A DNA stretch of 23,616 nucleotides, taken from the IMG/VR virus record IMGVR_UViG_3300040957_000063; one strand, 5' to 3'. The notes under the pieces were generated by a model, which ran no database searches, had not been told where the DNA came from, and was given only the letters and a program-made list of their open reading frames with translations. This document shows positions 1 to 7,390 of the stretch, piece after piece (the first letter of the stretch is position 1; every line of letters begins with the position of its first letter). This DNA comes from an uncultured virus (IMG/VR IMGVR_UViG_3300040957_000063). Its lineage: Duplodnaviria; Heunggongvirae; Uroviricota; Caudoviricetes. Position numbers and translations under genes: made by a program.

Positions 1-214
1 CACATTTTTCACATTTTTTCATTAGTGTAAACGCTTCTCTATTTCCAATCCACTCTTCAAAATGTTGGAATTGAGCGGCTTTTGTTCTTTGAAATAAACC
101 TTCCATTAATACTTCTCGGATAACTCTTGATGGCTTTTTGTTTACGTGAACGGCGTATTGTTCTATTAATTCATCTAAGGTGTCGCCCAGACGAACTGAC
201 CTATTTTTGTTCAT
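1..214 (-). CDS. Ribbon-helix-helix (CopG/MetJ-like) DNA-binding protein followed by CxxC; runs off the window start
   Basis: Not in the ORF track. Manual translation from ATG 214: MNKNRSVRLGDTLDELIEQYAVHVNKKPSRVIREVLMEGL...MKKCEKC. The beta-strand (RSVRL) plus two-helix pattern is typical of RHH proteins. It has its own promoter at 248-264. Confidence 0.7.
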   Translation of the reverse strand, partial: MNKNRSVRLGDTLDELIEQYAVHVNKKPSRVIREVLMEGLFQRTKAAQFQHFEEWIGNREAFTLMKKCEKC

Positions 215-216
215 TT

Positions 217-232
217 TTAATCATCTGATTAA
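217..232. promoter_or_regulatory. Palindromic operator-like site 1 (TTAATC-ATCT-GATTAA)
   Basis: Perfect 6-4-6 palindrome between the minus-strand TATA box and the RHH start codon; one of four copies. Confidence 0.7.
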
Positions 233-247
233 CTATAACTACGGTCT

Positions 248-264
248 CCTATTTAAATCTTTCG
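248..264 (-). promoter_or_regulatory. Archaeal BRE+TATA promoter for the RHH gene
   Basis: Minus strand reads CGAAAGATTTAAATAGG; the TATA box lies about 35 nt upstream of ATG 214. Confidence 0.75.
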
Positions 265-296
265 TATTACATTATCAAAAATTGTAATACAACCGC

Positions 297-312
297 CATA
301 AGATTTATATAG
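297..312 (+). promoter_or_regulatory. Archaeal BRE+TATA promoter, divergent from the RHH promoter
   Basis: CATAAGATTTATATAG, followed by a GGAGA RBS and ATG 352. Confidence 0.75.
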
Positions 313-351
313 TAGTATGGTGTACTATTACCTAAACAAGGAGACATTAAA

Positions 352-1275
352 ATGTCACAAAACCCAGAAAATAAACCCAACCCTACGGAACAACCGAAGG
401 AAAAAGAAATAAAGATTACTGTTGACAATGAACAGACAAAGATTCTTGCAGAACAACTCGCTAAAGCCGAAGCCGCAAAGAAAGAAATGGAAGAGAAACT
501 ATCAAAGTTCGAAGCAGACGCAAAAATACAAGCTGAAGCCTCAAAGAAAGCACAAGAAGATGCCGAGGATTTACGTAACAAGCTCGGAATTATTGCTGAG
601 AAAGAGTTAGAAAAGAAACGGAAAGCTGTTTCTGAAAAAGCTAATGTTCTTTTGAAAGACCCCGAACGTGTTAAAGAAATCACAGATAAATTGAGTACCC
701 CTGACGGCATCGCCGCAATGGAGTACACAATGAACGTTCTCGAAAAGCAAATGAAGGTCGGCGAAGAGCAATTCAAACAATATCAAGAGGCAGAGCGCAA
801 GAAAGCCGAAGATGCCGCTAAACTTACTGAAGAGCAAAAGAAAGCCGCTGACGAAGCCGCTAAGGTTGCCGCTCAAGCCGCCGCCGAAGCCGCAAAAACA
901 GGCAAACCAGTACCAAAGCAAGAAACACCAGCGGGTTCAGCCCCATTAAATAATGCTCAGATGGGTAACCCAGCACCAACAGACTTAATGCATCAAAAGT
1001 TCGGAAGCTATGCCGCTATGGTTAGCTACCTACACGAGGTAGAGAATGGTCCAGACAAAGAAAAAGCCGCTGAAGCTAAAACTGCATTAAATGAACTTAT
1101 ACGAAAATGGGCAACATTGGTTAAACAATCTCACGATGCAATGACGAGCACAGGACCAGAAAATCTGTCAAAAGATACTCCCTCAATTCACGATATGACT
1201 TTGAGTAAACGCGCTAAAGAAGAATTAAGACGAAGAGAACAAGGTTTACCAGCACAAAGCGTGGTAACAGGATAA
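352..1275 (+). CDS. Coiled-coil protein, putative capsid scaffolding protein
   Basis: 307 aa, E/K/A-rich heptad-like helices, upstream of the major capsid gene; GGAGA RBS. Function inferred from composition and position only. Confidence 0.5.
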   Translation: MSQNPENKPNPTEQPKEKEIKITVDNEQTKILAEQLAKAEAAKKEMEEKLSKFEADAKIQAEASKKAQEDAEDLRNKLGIIAEKELEKKRKAVSEKANVLLKDPERVKEITDKLSTPDGIAAMEYTMNVLEKQMKVGEEQFKQYQEAERKKAEDAAKLTEEQKKAADEAAKVAAQAAAEAAKTGKPVPKQETPAGSAPLNNAQMGNPAPTDLMHQKFGSYAAMVSYLHEVENGPDKEKAAEAKTALNELIRKWATLVKQSHDAMTSTGPENLSKDTPSIHDMTLSKRAKEELRRREQGLPAQSVVTG

Positions 1276-1292
1276 AATAAAGGTGAACAAAA

Positions 1293-1745
1293 ATGACCGA
1301 TAAAAATGAAAAATATCCTATAAGCCCAATGCACAAGCAACTGAAAGAAGCCGTTTGGTATGAGTTAGAACGAGAAGGTTCCGTCACAGGAAGAGAAGAC
1401 GGTATCTTACACCGTATGAAATGGCTATTTAAACAAAAAGATTTCCCATGCCGTAATTGCGGTGGAATAGAATCAGTTACCTTTATGGTTCTTCCAACTG
1501 GCGTTTTTCGCTCGTGCGGAATTGAAGGCTGGACAGAAAAAATACAACCTAATCCTGAAGAAGAAGTCGATATGCCACACTATGAAGCGATATTGCTCGA
1601 AGACATAGTATGCAATAACCATCAAGCAAATGAAGTCGTCAAAACTTACCATCAAGAAAGGCTTTATTTCGACCCTGTACATACACTCTTTCCGTTGTAC
1701 AGACTTCCAAGAAAAGGCGTTCAAAGCGAAGATAGCGTACAGTAA
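1293..1745 (+). CDS. Hypothetical protein, possible Zn-binding (CRNC ... CNNH)
   Basis: 150 aa ORF with GGTGA RBS, followed by an oligo-T tract. Confidence 0.6.
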   Translation: MTDKNEKYPISPMHKQLKEAVWYELEREGSVTGREDGILHRMKWLFKQKDFPCRNCGGIESVTFMVLPTGVFRSCGIEGWTEKIQPNPEEEVDMPHYEAILLEDIVCNNHQANEVVKTYHQERLYFDPVHTLFPLYRLPRKGVQSEDSVQ

Positions 1746-1758
1746 AATCTTTCCCCTA

Positions 1759-1777
1759 TTTTCTTTTTTTATTTTTT
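1759..1777 (+). terminator. Archaeal oligo-T terminator
   Basis: CCCCTA followed by TTTTCTTTTTTTATTTTTT, just after the stop at 1745. Confidence 0.6.
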
Positions 1778-1829
1778 GTAACAACTTTGTTATATAACAG
1801 TTTTGTTGTTAATTTAACACTTTTTGAAA

Positions 1830-1846
1830 CAATAGATTTAAATAGG
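1830..1846 (+). promoter_or_regulatory. BRE+TATA promoter of the major capsid gene
   Basis: CAATAGATTTAAATAGG, about 50 nt upstream of ATG 1894. Confidence 0.75.
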
Positions 1847-1858
1847 AGAGTTGCGTAA

Positions 1859-1874
1859 TTAATCAGTAGATTAA
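1859..1874. promoter_or_regulatory. Palindromic operator-like site 2 (TTAATC-AGTA-GATTAA)
   Basis: Perfect palindrome about 15 nt downstream of the TATA box, over the expected transcription start. Confidence 0.7.
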
Positions 1875-1893
1875 AACAAAAGGATGAAAAATT

Positions 1894-2850
1894 ATGAACA
1901 CCGAAGAAATTTCAATTGAAGAAACTTTAACTGCCTCAACCGTTGTATCTGGATTAGGCGCATCTCCATTCTTAATCTACAGCGAAGTCTTTGAGTTGCC
2001 AAGACGACCATTGGTTTTCCTATCTCTGCCCCTTGAGGACTTTTCCTTGATTGGTAGCACAGGTAACACCATCCGTGGTATGTTCTTGACCCACATGTAT
2101 GCAAGCACAATCACAGAAGCCAACTTGGTTAATCCATCAGTCGGTATGGTCGCAACAACTAAGAGCGTAAGTAACTGGTTTGTCAGCGTTACAGACCCTA
2201 TATTTTCCGCTACTAACTTGTCCGACATATTGCTTGAGGACTTCCCAAACATCGAGTGGGTTAGAATCCACCTTCGAAACATGGGACTCGCCATTATGGA
2301 ATACCTTGACGCTTCAATCGCTGACCTTTACGAAGCTGGCGCGGGAACTCAATACACTACTTCAGGACATATGAGCTATAACTCAATTGTGTTAGCCCTC
2401 GCAAAGATGGAAAACGTAAATTGGGTTGTTGACGTTGCAAATCCACCGTTCCTAATCGTGTCACCTGACTCAGCCGCACAAATGCTACAAGACACTCAGT
2501 TCCTTGACAGCAAGCGTTATACGCTTTATGACTTGGGACGGATGATGGAAGGAGAAATCGGAATGTACGGCGGATGCCGTGTTCTAAAGACTCCATTGCT
2601 TTCGGGCACAGGTGTTGGCGGAACCCCATCAGACACAAATCAGGGCGTTGACTCTTACGCATACATCGTATTCCCGAATGATACTGGTCGTGGTCCTGTT
2701 ACATTGCTGGCTTGGAAACGAAGACTCGAAACTCGCAACTTCTACTGGACACAATGGGCGTACACCTACTACGTATCAAGCATACGAGCAAAGAGCGTTC
2801 TGGTCCAAAGCACAGGCGTTTGCAAGATAACCATCAACACAACTCCATAA
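1894..2850 (+). CDS. Major capsid protein (HK97 fold)
   Basis: 318 aa. Shows the L.G..GNTI segment, a spine helix (LRNMGLAIMEYLDASI), and the FLIVSP and GEIGMYGGCRVL motifs typical of P22/N4-gp56-like coat proteins. Has its own promoter and terminator. Confidence 0.8.
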   Translation: MNTEEISIEETLTASTVVSGLGASPFLIYSEVFELPRRPLVFLSLPLEDFSLIGSTGNTIRGMFLTHMYASTITEANLVNPSVGMVATTKSVSNWFVSVTDPIFSATNLSDILLEDFPNIEWVRIHLRNMGLAIMEYLDASIADLYEAGAGTQYTTSGHMSYNSIVLALAKMENVNWVVDVANPPFLIVSPDSAAQMLQDTQFLDSKRYTLYDLGRMMEGEIGMYGGCRVLKTPLLSGTGVGGTPSDTNQGVDSYAYIVFPNDTGRGPVTLLAWKRRLETRNFYWTQWAYTYYVSSIRAKSVLVQSTGVCKITINTTP

Positions 2851-2888
2851 GCTGACACACCACAATAAGGCAAGTTAAACTTCACCCC

Positions 2889-2904
2889 TTTTCTTTTTTA
2901 TTTT
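2889..2904 (+). terminator. Archaeal oligo-T terminator
   Basis: CCCC followed by TTTTCTTTTTTATTTT after the capsid gene; same architecture as 1759-1777. Confidence 0.6.
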
Positions 2905-2927
2905 ATACTAATTCTGTTTAGCATTAG

Positions 2928-2944
2928 CGATACCTTTAAATATG
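2928..2944 (+). promoter_or_regulatory. BRE+TATA promoter of the neck operon
   Basis: CGATACCTTTAAATATG upstream of the leader hairpin and ATG 3020. Confidence 0.6.
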
Positions 2945-2967
2945 GCGTTAATCATTATTCTTCTTAG

Positions 2968-2999
2968 GGTGCGGCTGAACTTAGTAGTTCGGGGGCATC
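2968..2999 (+). other. GC-rich stem-loop in the 5' leader
   Basis: GGTGC-GG-CTGAACT-TAGT-AGTTCGG-GG-GCATC: 5 bp and 7 bp stems (with G-U pairs), a 2x2 GG internal loop and a 4-nt loop. Confidence 0.55.
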
Positions 3000-3019
3000 G
3001 ATAAAAGGAATGATTCAAA

Positions 3020-5125
3020 ATGGCGTTGACGTTACCACCAGTTACTAAATATGAGTATTGGAATAGATTAGATAATTCTTCGACTGTTATTTGGGGTACA
3101 AATTTTGCGGCTCAATCATTCATTTGCGATGATGTACCTCACACGATAACTTTCGTAAAATTGAAACTTTCCAAAACAGGAAGCCCAACTTTCTTCACCG
3201 TAAGCATTCAACATATTAATGAAAGCGGGGTTCCAGATGGATATAACTTAGCAACTGAAATTATTAGTGCCAACGTTCTTACAGGTACCCCAACGTGGGT
3301 TACAATAAACTTTTCAACAGTAATTTCTATTGACTTAAATTCCGAGTATGCAATAGTTGTAAGTTGTACAGGAGACATAACTGACTATATCGGATGGAGT
3401 ACATCGGCTCACGATTATGATACTCCATTTTTCACATCTACTAACTCTGGAACAGTTTGGACAGAAAGCCCAATGACTGTCGCTTTGTTCGAAGTATGGG
3501 GAACTTCATCTGCTGGACCGCAAATTGGTCAAAACAATCAGATGATTTCAGTAACCGCTTTGGGTCAATGGTCAACCGAAGCTCTTGTATATCAAGTTAC
3601 AGGTATGAGTTCGACCATAGTTCAGAAAATGTGGGGCGGAAGTCAAGGAACTAAAAGCGCAACTGATGTAACAAATCTCATAAATGGCTACATAACAATG
3701 TGTGACCAGAGAATTCGCCACTTAATGGGTCTTCCATACACCATTAGAAAGGAATATCACGTTTTTCACTTCAACGAACAATTCAGAGAAATGGGACCAG
3801 CCGAAGATGAATATGAATTCTTTGACTACTATGACCCAACAGACCGAGTAGAGAAAGTCTTTGCTATTTACTCTAATAAAAAAAGATTGAAATATCCATT
3901 CCCGAAAAATTGCGATGACCTAACAGAAAACGTCAAAGTTGTAAGCACAGAACTTTCGATAAATGGAAAAGAATGGACTACAGACGACCTTCCGCGCCAG
4001 ATTCTATTGACTTTCAACTCTACAAACTATAATGCATTTGTTCCAGCAGATATTGGGGCAGTAGTTAATGCAACAACAGCTAATCCATATGTTCCTACAA
4101 CCACACCACAATATTCACTTTCTCAGTTTTCTCTTGATGCTATCGGAACATTAATCTCATATGACAATGTGGCAAAGACATGTATAGTTGGAACATATAC
4201 AATAGTAAATTCGCAACAAGTAATAACAAGAAATGCTACAGTTGATTTCCCAGCGGGAACTAAAATAAGCGTTTCTACAGAAAGTTGGACTCCAAATCAA
4301 TACAATATCTTATCTATTTTAACTTCTCGTGTTGCAAGTCCACCAATTACAACTTTAATTACTCAAGATACAAGCGACTTCCAAGCTGGAAAAGCAAGCC
4401 TTAGAGTTGAAGTAACTAACCCAAGCGGCGGAGTAGCTATCTTTCCAATGACTAAAAATTTAGCAAAAATGCAATACCCGTGGGATTATGTTGCATTTTG
4501 GATGAAAACAAGCGACCCAGCCGCATCATTTACTTTCAGAATGTATGACAGTCTCGGACGAAACGTTTGGCAACAATTCTATTGCGGAAACAACAACTTC
4601 AATATGACACTACAAATTAATCCAGCTTTACCCGACACATGGCAAATAGTTGCTTTGAAATTTATGCTTATGCAAGGTTATGCGGGCGGCGTAAATTGGG
4701 TTTTTGTTCCTGTACAATTCTTCACTATAGAAGTCGATAGACCGTGCGTATTCTGGTTTGACAATCTAAACTGGAACGATGGAATATTTTTTACCGCACC
4801 CAAAGGTTACTTATGCTGGTCAAGAAGCGAAATCGCGGCTATTGCTGACGAATTAGAAGTAACATATTCATTTGACCCGTTCAAACAAGAAGTGCCGAGC
4901 GATATAAGCTATGGCTCTGCAAAAATGGCTGGCGTATTGTTACTTGAATTTTTGATAGGCATTAGACAGCGTTCTACAGCTTTCACTCAAGGCTCAGACC
5001 AAATGCAAACTGGTCCAGACAAAGAAACTTTAGAATTCCGTAGAGCAGAACTTGAAAGACAAGTACAAGACTTCATAGCTGGAATAGGATTCAAAGGTAT
5101 CAGCGGAGTAAGTGCAGAGGGATAA
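3020..5125 (+). CDS. Head-tail adaptor (HK97 gp6/SPP1 gp15-like) enlarged with beta-sandwich/CBM-like domains
   Basis: 701 aa directly after the capsid gene. Adaptor-like helices (WSTEALVYQVTG...LINGYITMCDQRIRHLMG) and a C-terminal LEVTYSF...VPSDISYGSAKMA signature are separated and preceded by beta-rich domains. Confidence 0.55.
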   Translation: MALTLPPVTKYEYWNRLDNSSTVIWGTNFAAQSFICDDVPHTITFVKLKLSKTGSPTFFTVSIQHINESGVPDGYNLATEIISANVLTGTPTWVTINFSTVISIDLNSEYAIVVSCTGDITDYIGWSTSAHDYDTPFFTSTNSGTVWTESPMTVALFEVWGTSSAGPQIGQNNQMISVTALGQWSTEALVYQVTGMSSTIVQKMWGGSQGTKSATDVTNLINGYITMCDQRIRHLMGLPYTIRKEYHVFHFNEQFREMGPAEDEYEFFDYYDPTDRVEKVFAIYSNKKRLKYPFPKNCDDLTENVKVVSTELSINGKEWTTDDLPRQILLTFNSTNYNAFVPADIGAVVNATTANPYVPTTTPQYSLSQFSLDAIGTLISYDNVAKTCIVGTYTIVNSQQVITRNATVDFPAGTKISVSTESWTPNQYNILSILTSRVASPPITTLITQDTSDFQAGKASLRVEVTNPSGGVAIFPMTKNLAKMQYPWDYVAFWMKTSDPAASFTFRMYDSLGRNVWQQFYCGNNNFNMTLQINPALPDTWQIVALKFMLMQGYAGGVNWVFVPVQFFTIEVDRPCVFWFDNLNWNDGIFFTAPKGYLCWSRSEIAAIADELEVTYSFDPFKQEVPSDISYGSAKMAGVLLLEFLIGIRQRSTAFTQGSDQMQTGPDKETLEFRRAELERQVQDFIAGIGFKGISGVSAEG

Positions 5126-5127
5126 AT

Positions 5128-5685
5128 ATGTCAACAAGTGGCGGCGTAGATGTTCTACTTTCAAGCACACCAACTCAGGGAAGAATTTCTAATACAACAA
5201 TGGCTATGTTAGCAATTATAGCGGCATCAGACCCAAGTTTGCAACCTCAAACTCAACATGTTCTTCCAAATTGGAAAACACCAGTAGATTATTTATCAGA
5301 AAATTATCCTGTTGTAACTCTCAGAGTTGGTAACGTAGATTTATCTGACAAAATTTATGGTCGTTCAATGCCTCAAGGGGTACGTGGTCAGTATGTAACT
5401 TACGCATTTACGGCTCACGTTTGGGGAGAAAAAACTTGGCAATTATTCAATGATGTAGATGAAGAAAATGAAGCTGTTCCACAGGCTAATCTTGCAAGTG
5501 ATTTGGCAGATAAAATAATTGATGTTCTTGAGAGTTTTTCTGGCGATAAATACTCTGGGATAGTCTTTTTTGATAAGATAAAAGTCAGGGAATCCGAGCC
5601 TGAACGTGGACCACAAAGATTAACCAGAATGATAATTAGCGGATTTGTAAACGTTAGAAGACCGCTGGGTACATTCACAGGCTGA
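5128..5685 (+). CDS. Putative tail-completion / terminator protein
   Basis: 185 aa with the YPVVTL...FTAHVW...ASDLADKIIDVL pattern of gp17/gpU-like proteins; follows the adaptor. Confidence 0.5.
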   Translation: MSTSGGVDVLLSSTPTQGRISNTTMAMLAIIAASDPSLQPQTQHVLPNWKTPVDYLSENYPVVTLRVGNVDLSDKIYGRSMPQGVRGQYVTYAFTAHVWGEKTWQLFNDVDEENEAVPQANLASDLADKIIDVLESFSGDKYSGIVFFDKIKVRESEPERGPQRLTRMIISGFVNVRRPLGTFTG

Positions 5686-5690
5686 CCTAA

Positions 5691-5951
5691 ATGTATGCTT
5701 CTCTTATGCCTAACGTAAGACTAATTCCGATTGAACAACTGGTTTCTATACCTAACCCAGCAGAAAAACCAGAAGATTTTGAAATTAGGGTGAAAAGAAT
5801 AATGAAACTTATAGCTAACGGCGAAGATTTAGGACCTTTTGAAGTGCGTCAGGAAGGCAACTATTATATAATTGGTGATGGTCGCCACAGATTTGAAGCT
5901 ATGAAACGTCTTGGCTATAAAGCAATTCCGTGTATAGGTCTTTTTGTATGA
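5691..5951 (+). CDS. Stand-alone ParB/sulfiredoxin N-terminal domain protein
   Basis: 86 aa; IPIEQL...GPFEV...YYIIGDGRHRFEAMKRLGYKAIPC contains the GxxRxxA motif. Confidence 0.8.
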   Translation: MYASLMPNVRLIPIEQLVSIPNPAEKPEDFEIRVKRIMKLIANGEDLGPFEVRQEGNYYIIGDGRHRFEAMKRLGYKAIPCIGLFV

Positions 5952-6199
5952 TGAAACCACCTTCATTTATTTGGCATTCTGAGACAATTCCTATAGAGAA
6001 AATTACAGGTCAATTTGTTTTAAACATTGATTGTGAAGTTTTAAAGGAAAATATCAGGGTAAACAGCTTGAAAGAGCGGCTTTGGGTTGTTCCTAATGGT
6101 GACGGCACCTATAAACTCATAGAGGGTGTTCATAGGATAAAGGCATTGCGCGAATTAGGCTGGAAGGAAGTCCCCGTGATGGTTTTTGACCAATTTTAA
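5948..6199 (+). CDS. Second stand-alone ParB/sulfiredoxin N-terminal domain protein
   Basis: IPIEKI...LWVVPNGDGTYKLIEGVHRIKALRELGWKEVPV. Start moved to the ATG overlapping the upstream TGA (ATGATG at 5948-5953). Confidence 0.8.
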   Translation: MMKPPSFIWHSETIPIEKITGQFVLNIDCEVLKENIRVNSLKERLWVVPNGDGTYKLIEGVHRIKALRELGWKEVPVMVFDQF

Positions 6200-6211
6200 T
6201 CACCTGATTAA
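6196..6211. promoter_or_regulatory. Palindromic operator-like site 3 (TTAATC-ACCT-GATTAA)
   Basis: Perfect palindrome 13 nt upstream of the BRE of the replication operon promoter; overlaps the ParB2 stop codon. Confidence 0.7.
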
Positions 6212-6224
6212 ATAGAAAGTTGAA

Positions 6225-6242
6225 CCGCAACATTTAAATAGG
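6225..6242 (+). promoter_or_regulatory. BRE+TATA promoter of the replication/nucleotide operon
   Basis: CCGCAACATTTAAATAGG. Confidence 0.75.
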
Positions 6243-6273
6243 GGTAAGCCCATCTTCTTTGGTAGTGAAATAT

Positions 6274-6606
6274 ATGGGAAACAAACTCGAAAGTTTGATT
6301 TCGGTGTGTAACTCAATGCGTGACTATGCTATAGAAACGCCGATGGCAATGTTTCCTATGACAATCTATATTTGGATAGACACAAACCAAGATACTTGCA
6401 AAGCTATTACAGGTCAAATTCATCTTGAGTTTAGTGGAGATTCCCGCGATACAAATTGCCCGATGACAAACTCAAAGTTGTTTGCGATGTTAATGCTCAT
6501 AGATAGACTTACCCCAATCTATAAAATAGTTGTAGAGGGACACCCGTTTAAGGCTTTTATTGTTTCTCAAACCGAAGAATTTATGAAAAAAGGATGTGGA
6601 AGTTAA
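6274..6606 (+). CDS. Hypothetical protein
   Basis: ORF-track frame 6259..6606; ATG 6274 preferred because a GTGA RBS precedes it and it fits the promoter spacing. Confidence 0.55.
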   Translation: MGNKLESLISVCNSMRDYAIETPMAMFPMTIYIWIDTNQDTCKAITGQIHLEFSGDSRDTNCPMTNSKLFAMLMLIDRLTPIYKIVVEGHPFKAFIVSQTEEFMKKGCGS

Positions 6607-7064
6607 TGTCTGAACCTCAAAAAGAAAATAAATCGCCGATTAATGGCGAAGAAAAACCTCACGATACTATGCATCTTGACATCGATTTGACCGAATTGTT
6701 TACTCATCCCGTAGAAGTAAAGCACGATGAACTTTGGAAAACCAAAGAAGAAATGAGCGAAGATTATAAAAAACTTGCTCAATCACTCTCGTATTTAGCT
6801 ATTTACATAGCTCGAAACATCAACGAGGGTCCAGAAGTCAAAGACAACTCAGCAAAACGCATTTTGTTAGCACGAACTATTCTGGGGATGTTGATTAACA
6901 ACTTAGCTATTTCAGGCTATGAAATATACGGTGTTTTAACAGAAATCACCCAAGAGACATTTATGAATATTACTGGTAAAAAGTATATTATGATGACTCT
7001 TGCTCAAGTTGCACAAGCAACCCAAGCTGAATCCCAAAAACGTTCTCACGATTATACGATGTGA
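6606..7064 (+). CDS. Hypothetical alpha-helical protein
   Basis: ATG 6606 is coupled to the upstream TAA (TAATG); 152 aa. Confidence 0.6.
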   Translation: MSEPQKENKSPINGEEKPHDTMHLDIDLTELFTHPVEVKHDELWKTKEEMSEDYKKLAQSLSYLAIYIARNINEGPEVKDNSAKRILLARTILGMLINNLAISGYEIYGVLTEITQETFMNITGKKYIMMTLAQVAQATQAESQKRSHDYTM

Positions 7065-7069
7065 TAAAA

Positions 7070-7390
7070 ATGGCACAAAACCAAAATAGTCAAACCGAAA
7101 CTCTACCTATTGACGAAAACTTTGCTGTCAAAGAATACGAAAACATCTATAAAACAGGCAAATGGTGGTGCGCCGTTGTTCTTGTCAATGCTTTCGGGCA
7201 CGACAAAGTTATGGTGTACCTCTGGCAATTCAAAGAAAAGAAACGCAAGGAAGGCGACCAATGGGTAGGTACAGGTCAATTTAGTTGGAAAGTCCAACAA
7301 AAAATGGGAATCAATTTCCAAGAGAATTGGGACCACGAAAAAGCCGTAATCGATAGATTTATGGCGAAAATCAAAGGGGTGACAGCATAA
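7070..7390 (+). CDS. Small beta-rich protein, possibly PC4/YdbC-like ssDNA-binding
   Basis: Beta strands with exposed W/Y/K (KWWCAVVLV, VYLWQ, WKVQQKMGI) then a C-terminal helix; immediately upstream of RadA; GTGAT RBS. The fold guess is weak. Confidence 0.4.
   Translation: MAQNQNSQTETLPIDENFAVKEYENIYKTGKWWCAVVLVNAFGHDKVMVYLWQFKEKKRKEGDQWVGTGQFSWKVQQKMGINFQENWDHEKAVIDRFMAKIKGVTA

Noticed and set aside
267..921. Minus-strand ORFs 267..776 and 607..921, and similar antisense ORFs throughout the track
   Set aside because: Shadows of strongly biased + strand genes; no promoter, RBS or recognisable motif.
2960..3010. GC-rich stretch as a tRNA or attachment-site remnant
   Set aside because: Only a 32-nt hairpin; no cloverleaf or CCA end, and no integrase in the window.
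6165..6205. Minus-strand GGTGA + TTG micro-ORF next to palindrome 3
   Set aside because: Only 12 codons, antisense to ParB2, with no BRE-supported minus-strand promoter.
5691..6211. ParABS partition system with the palindrome as parS
   Set aside because: The ParB-like proteins lack DNA-binding domains, no ParA is present, and the palindromes track promoters rather than clustering.
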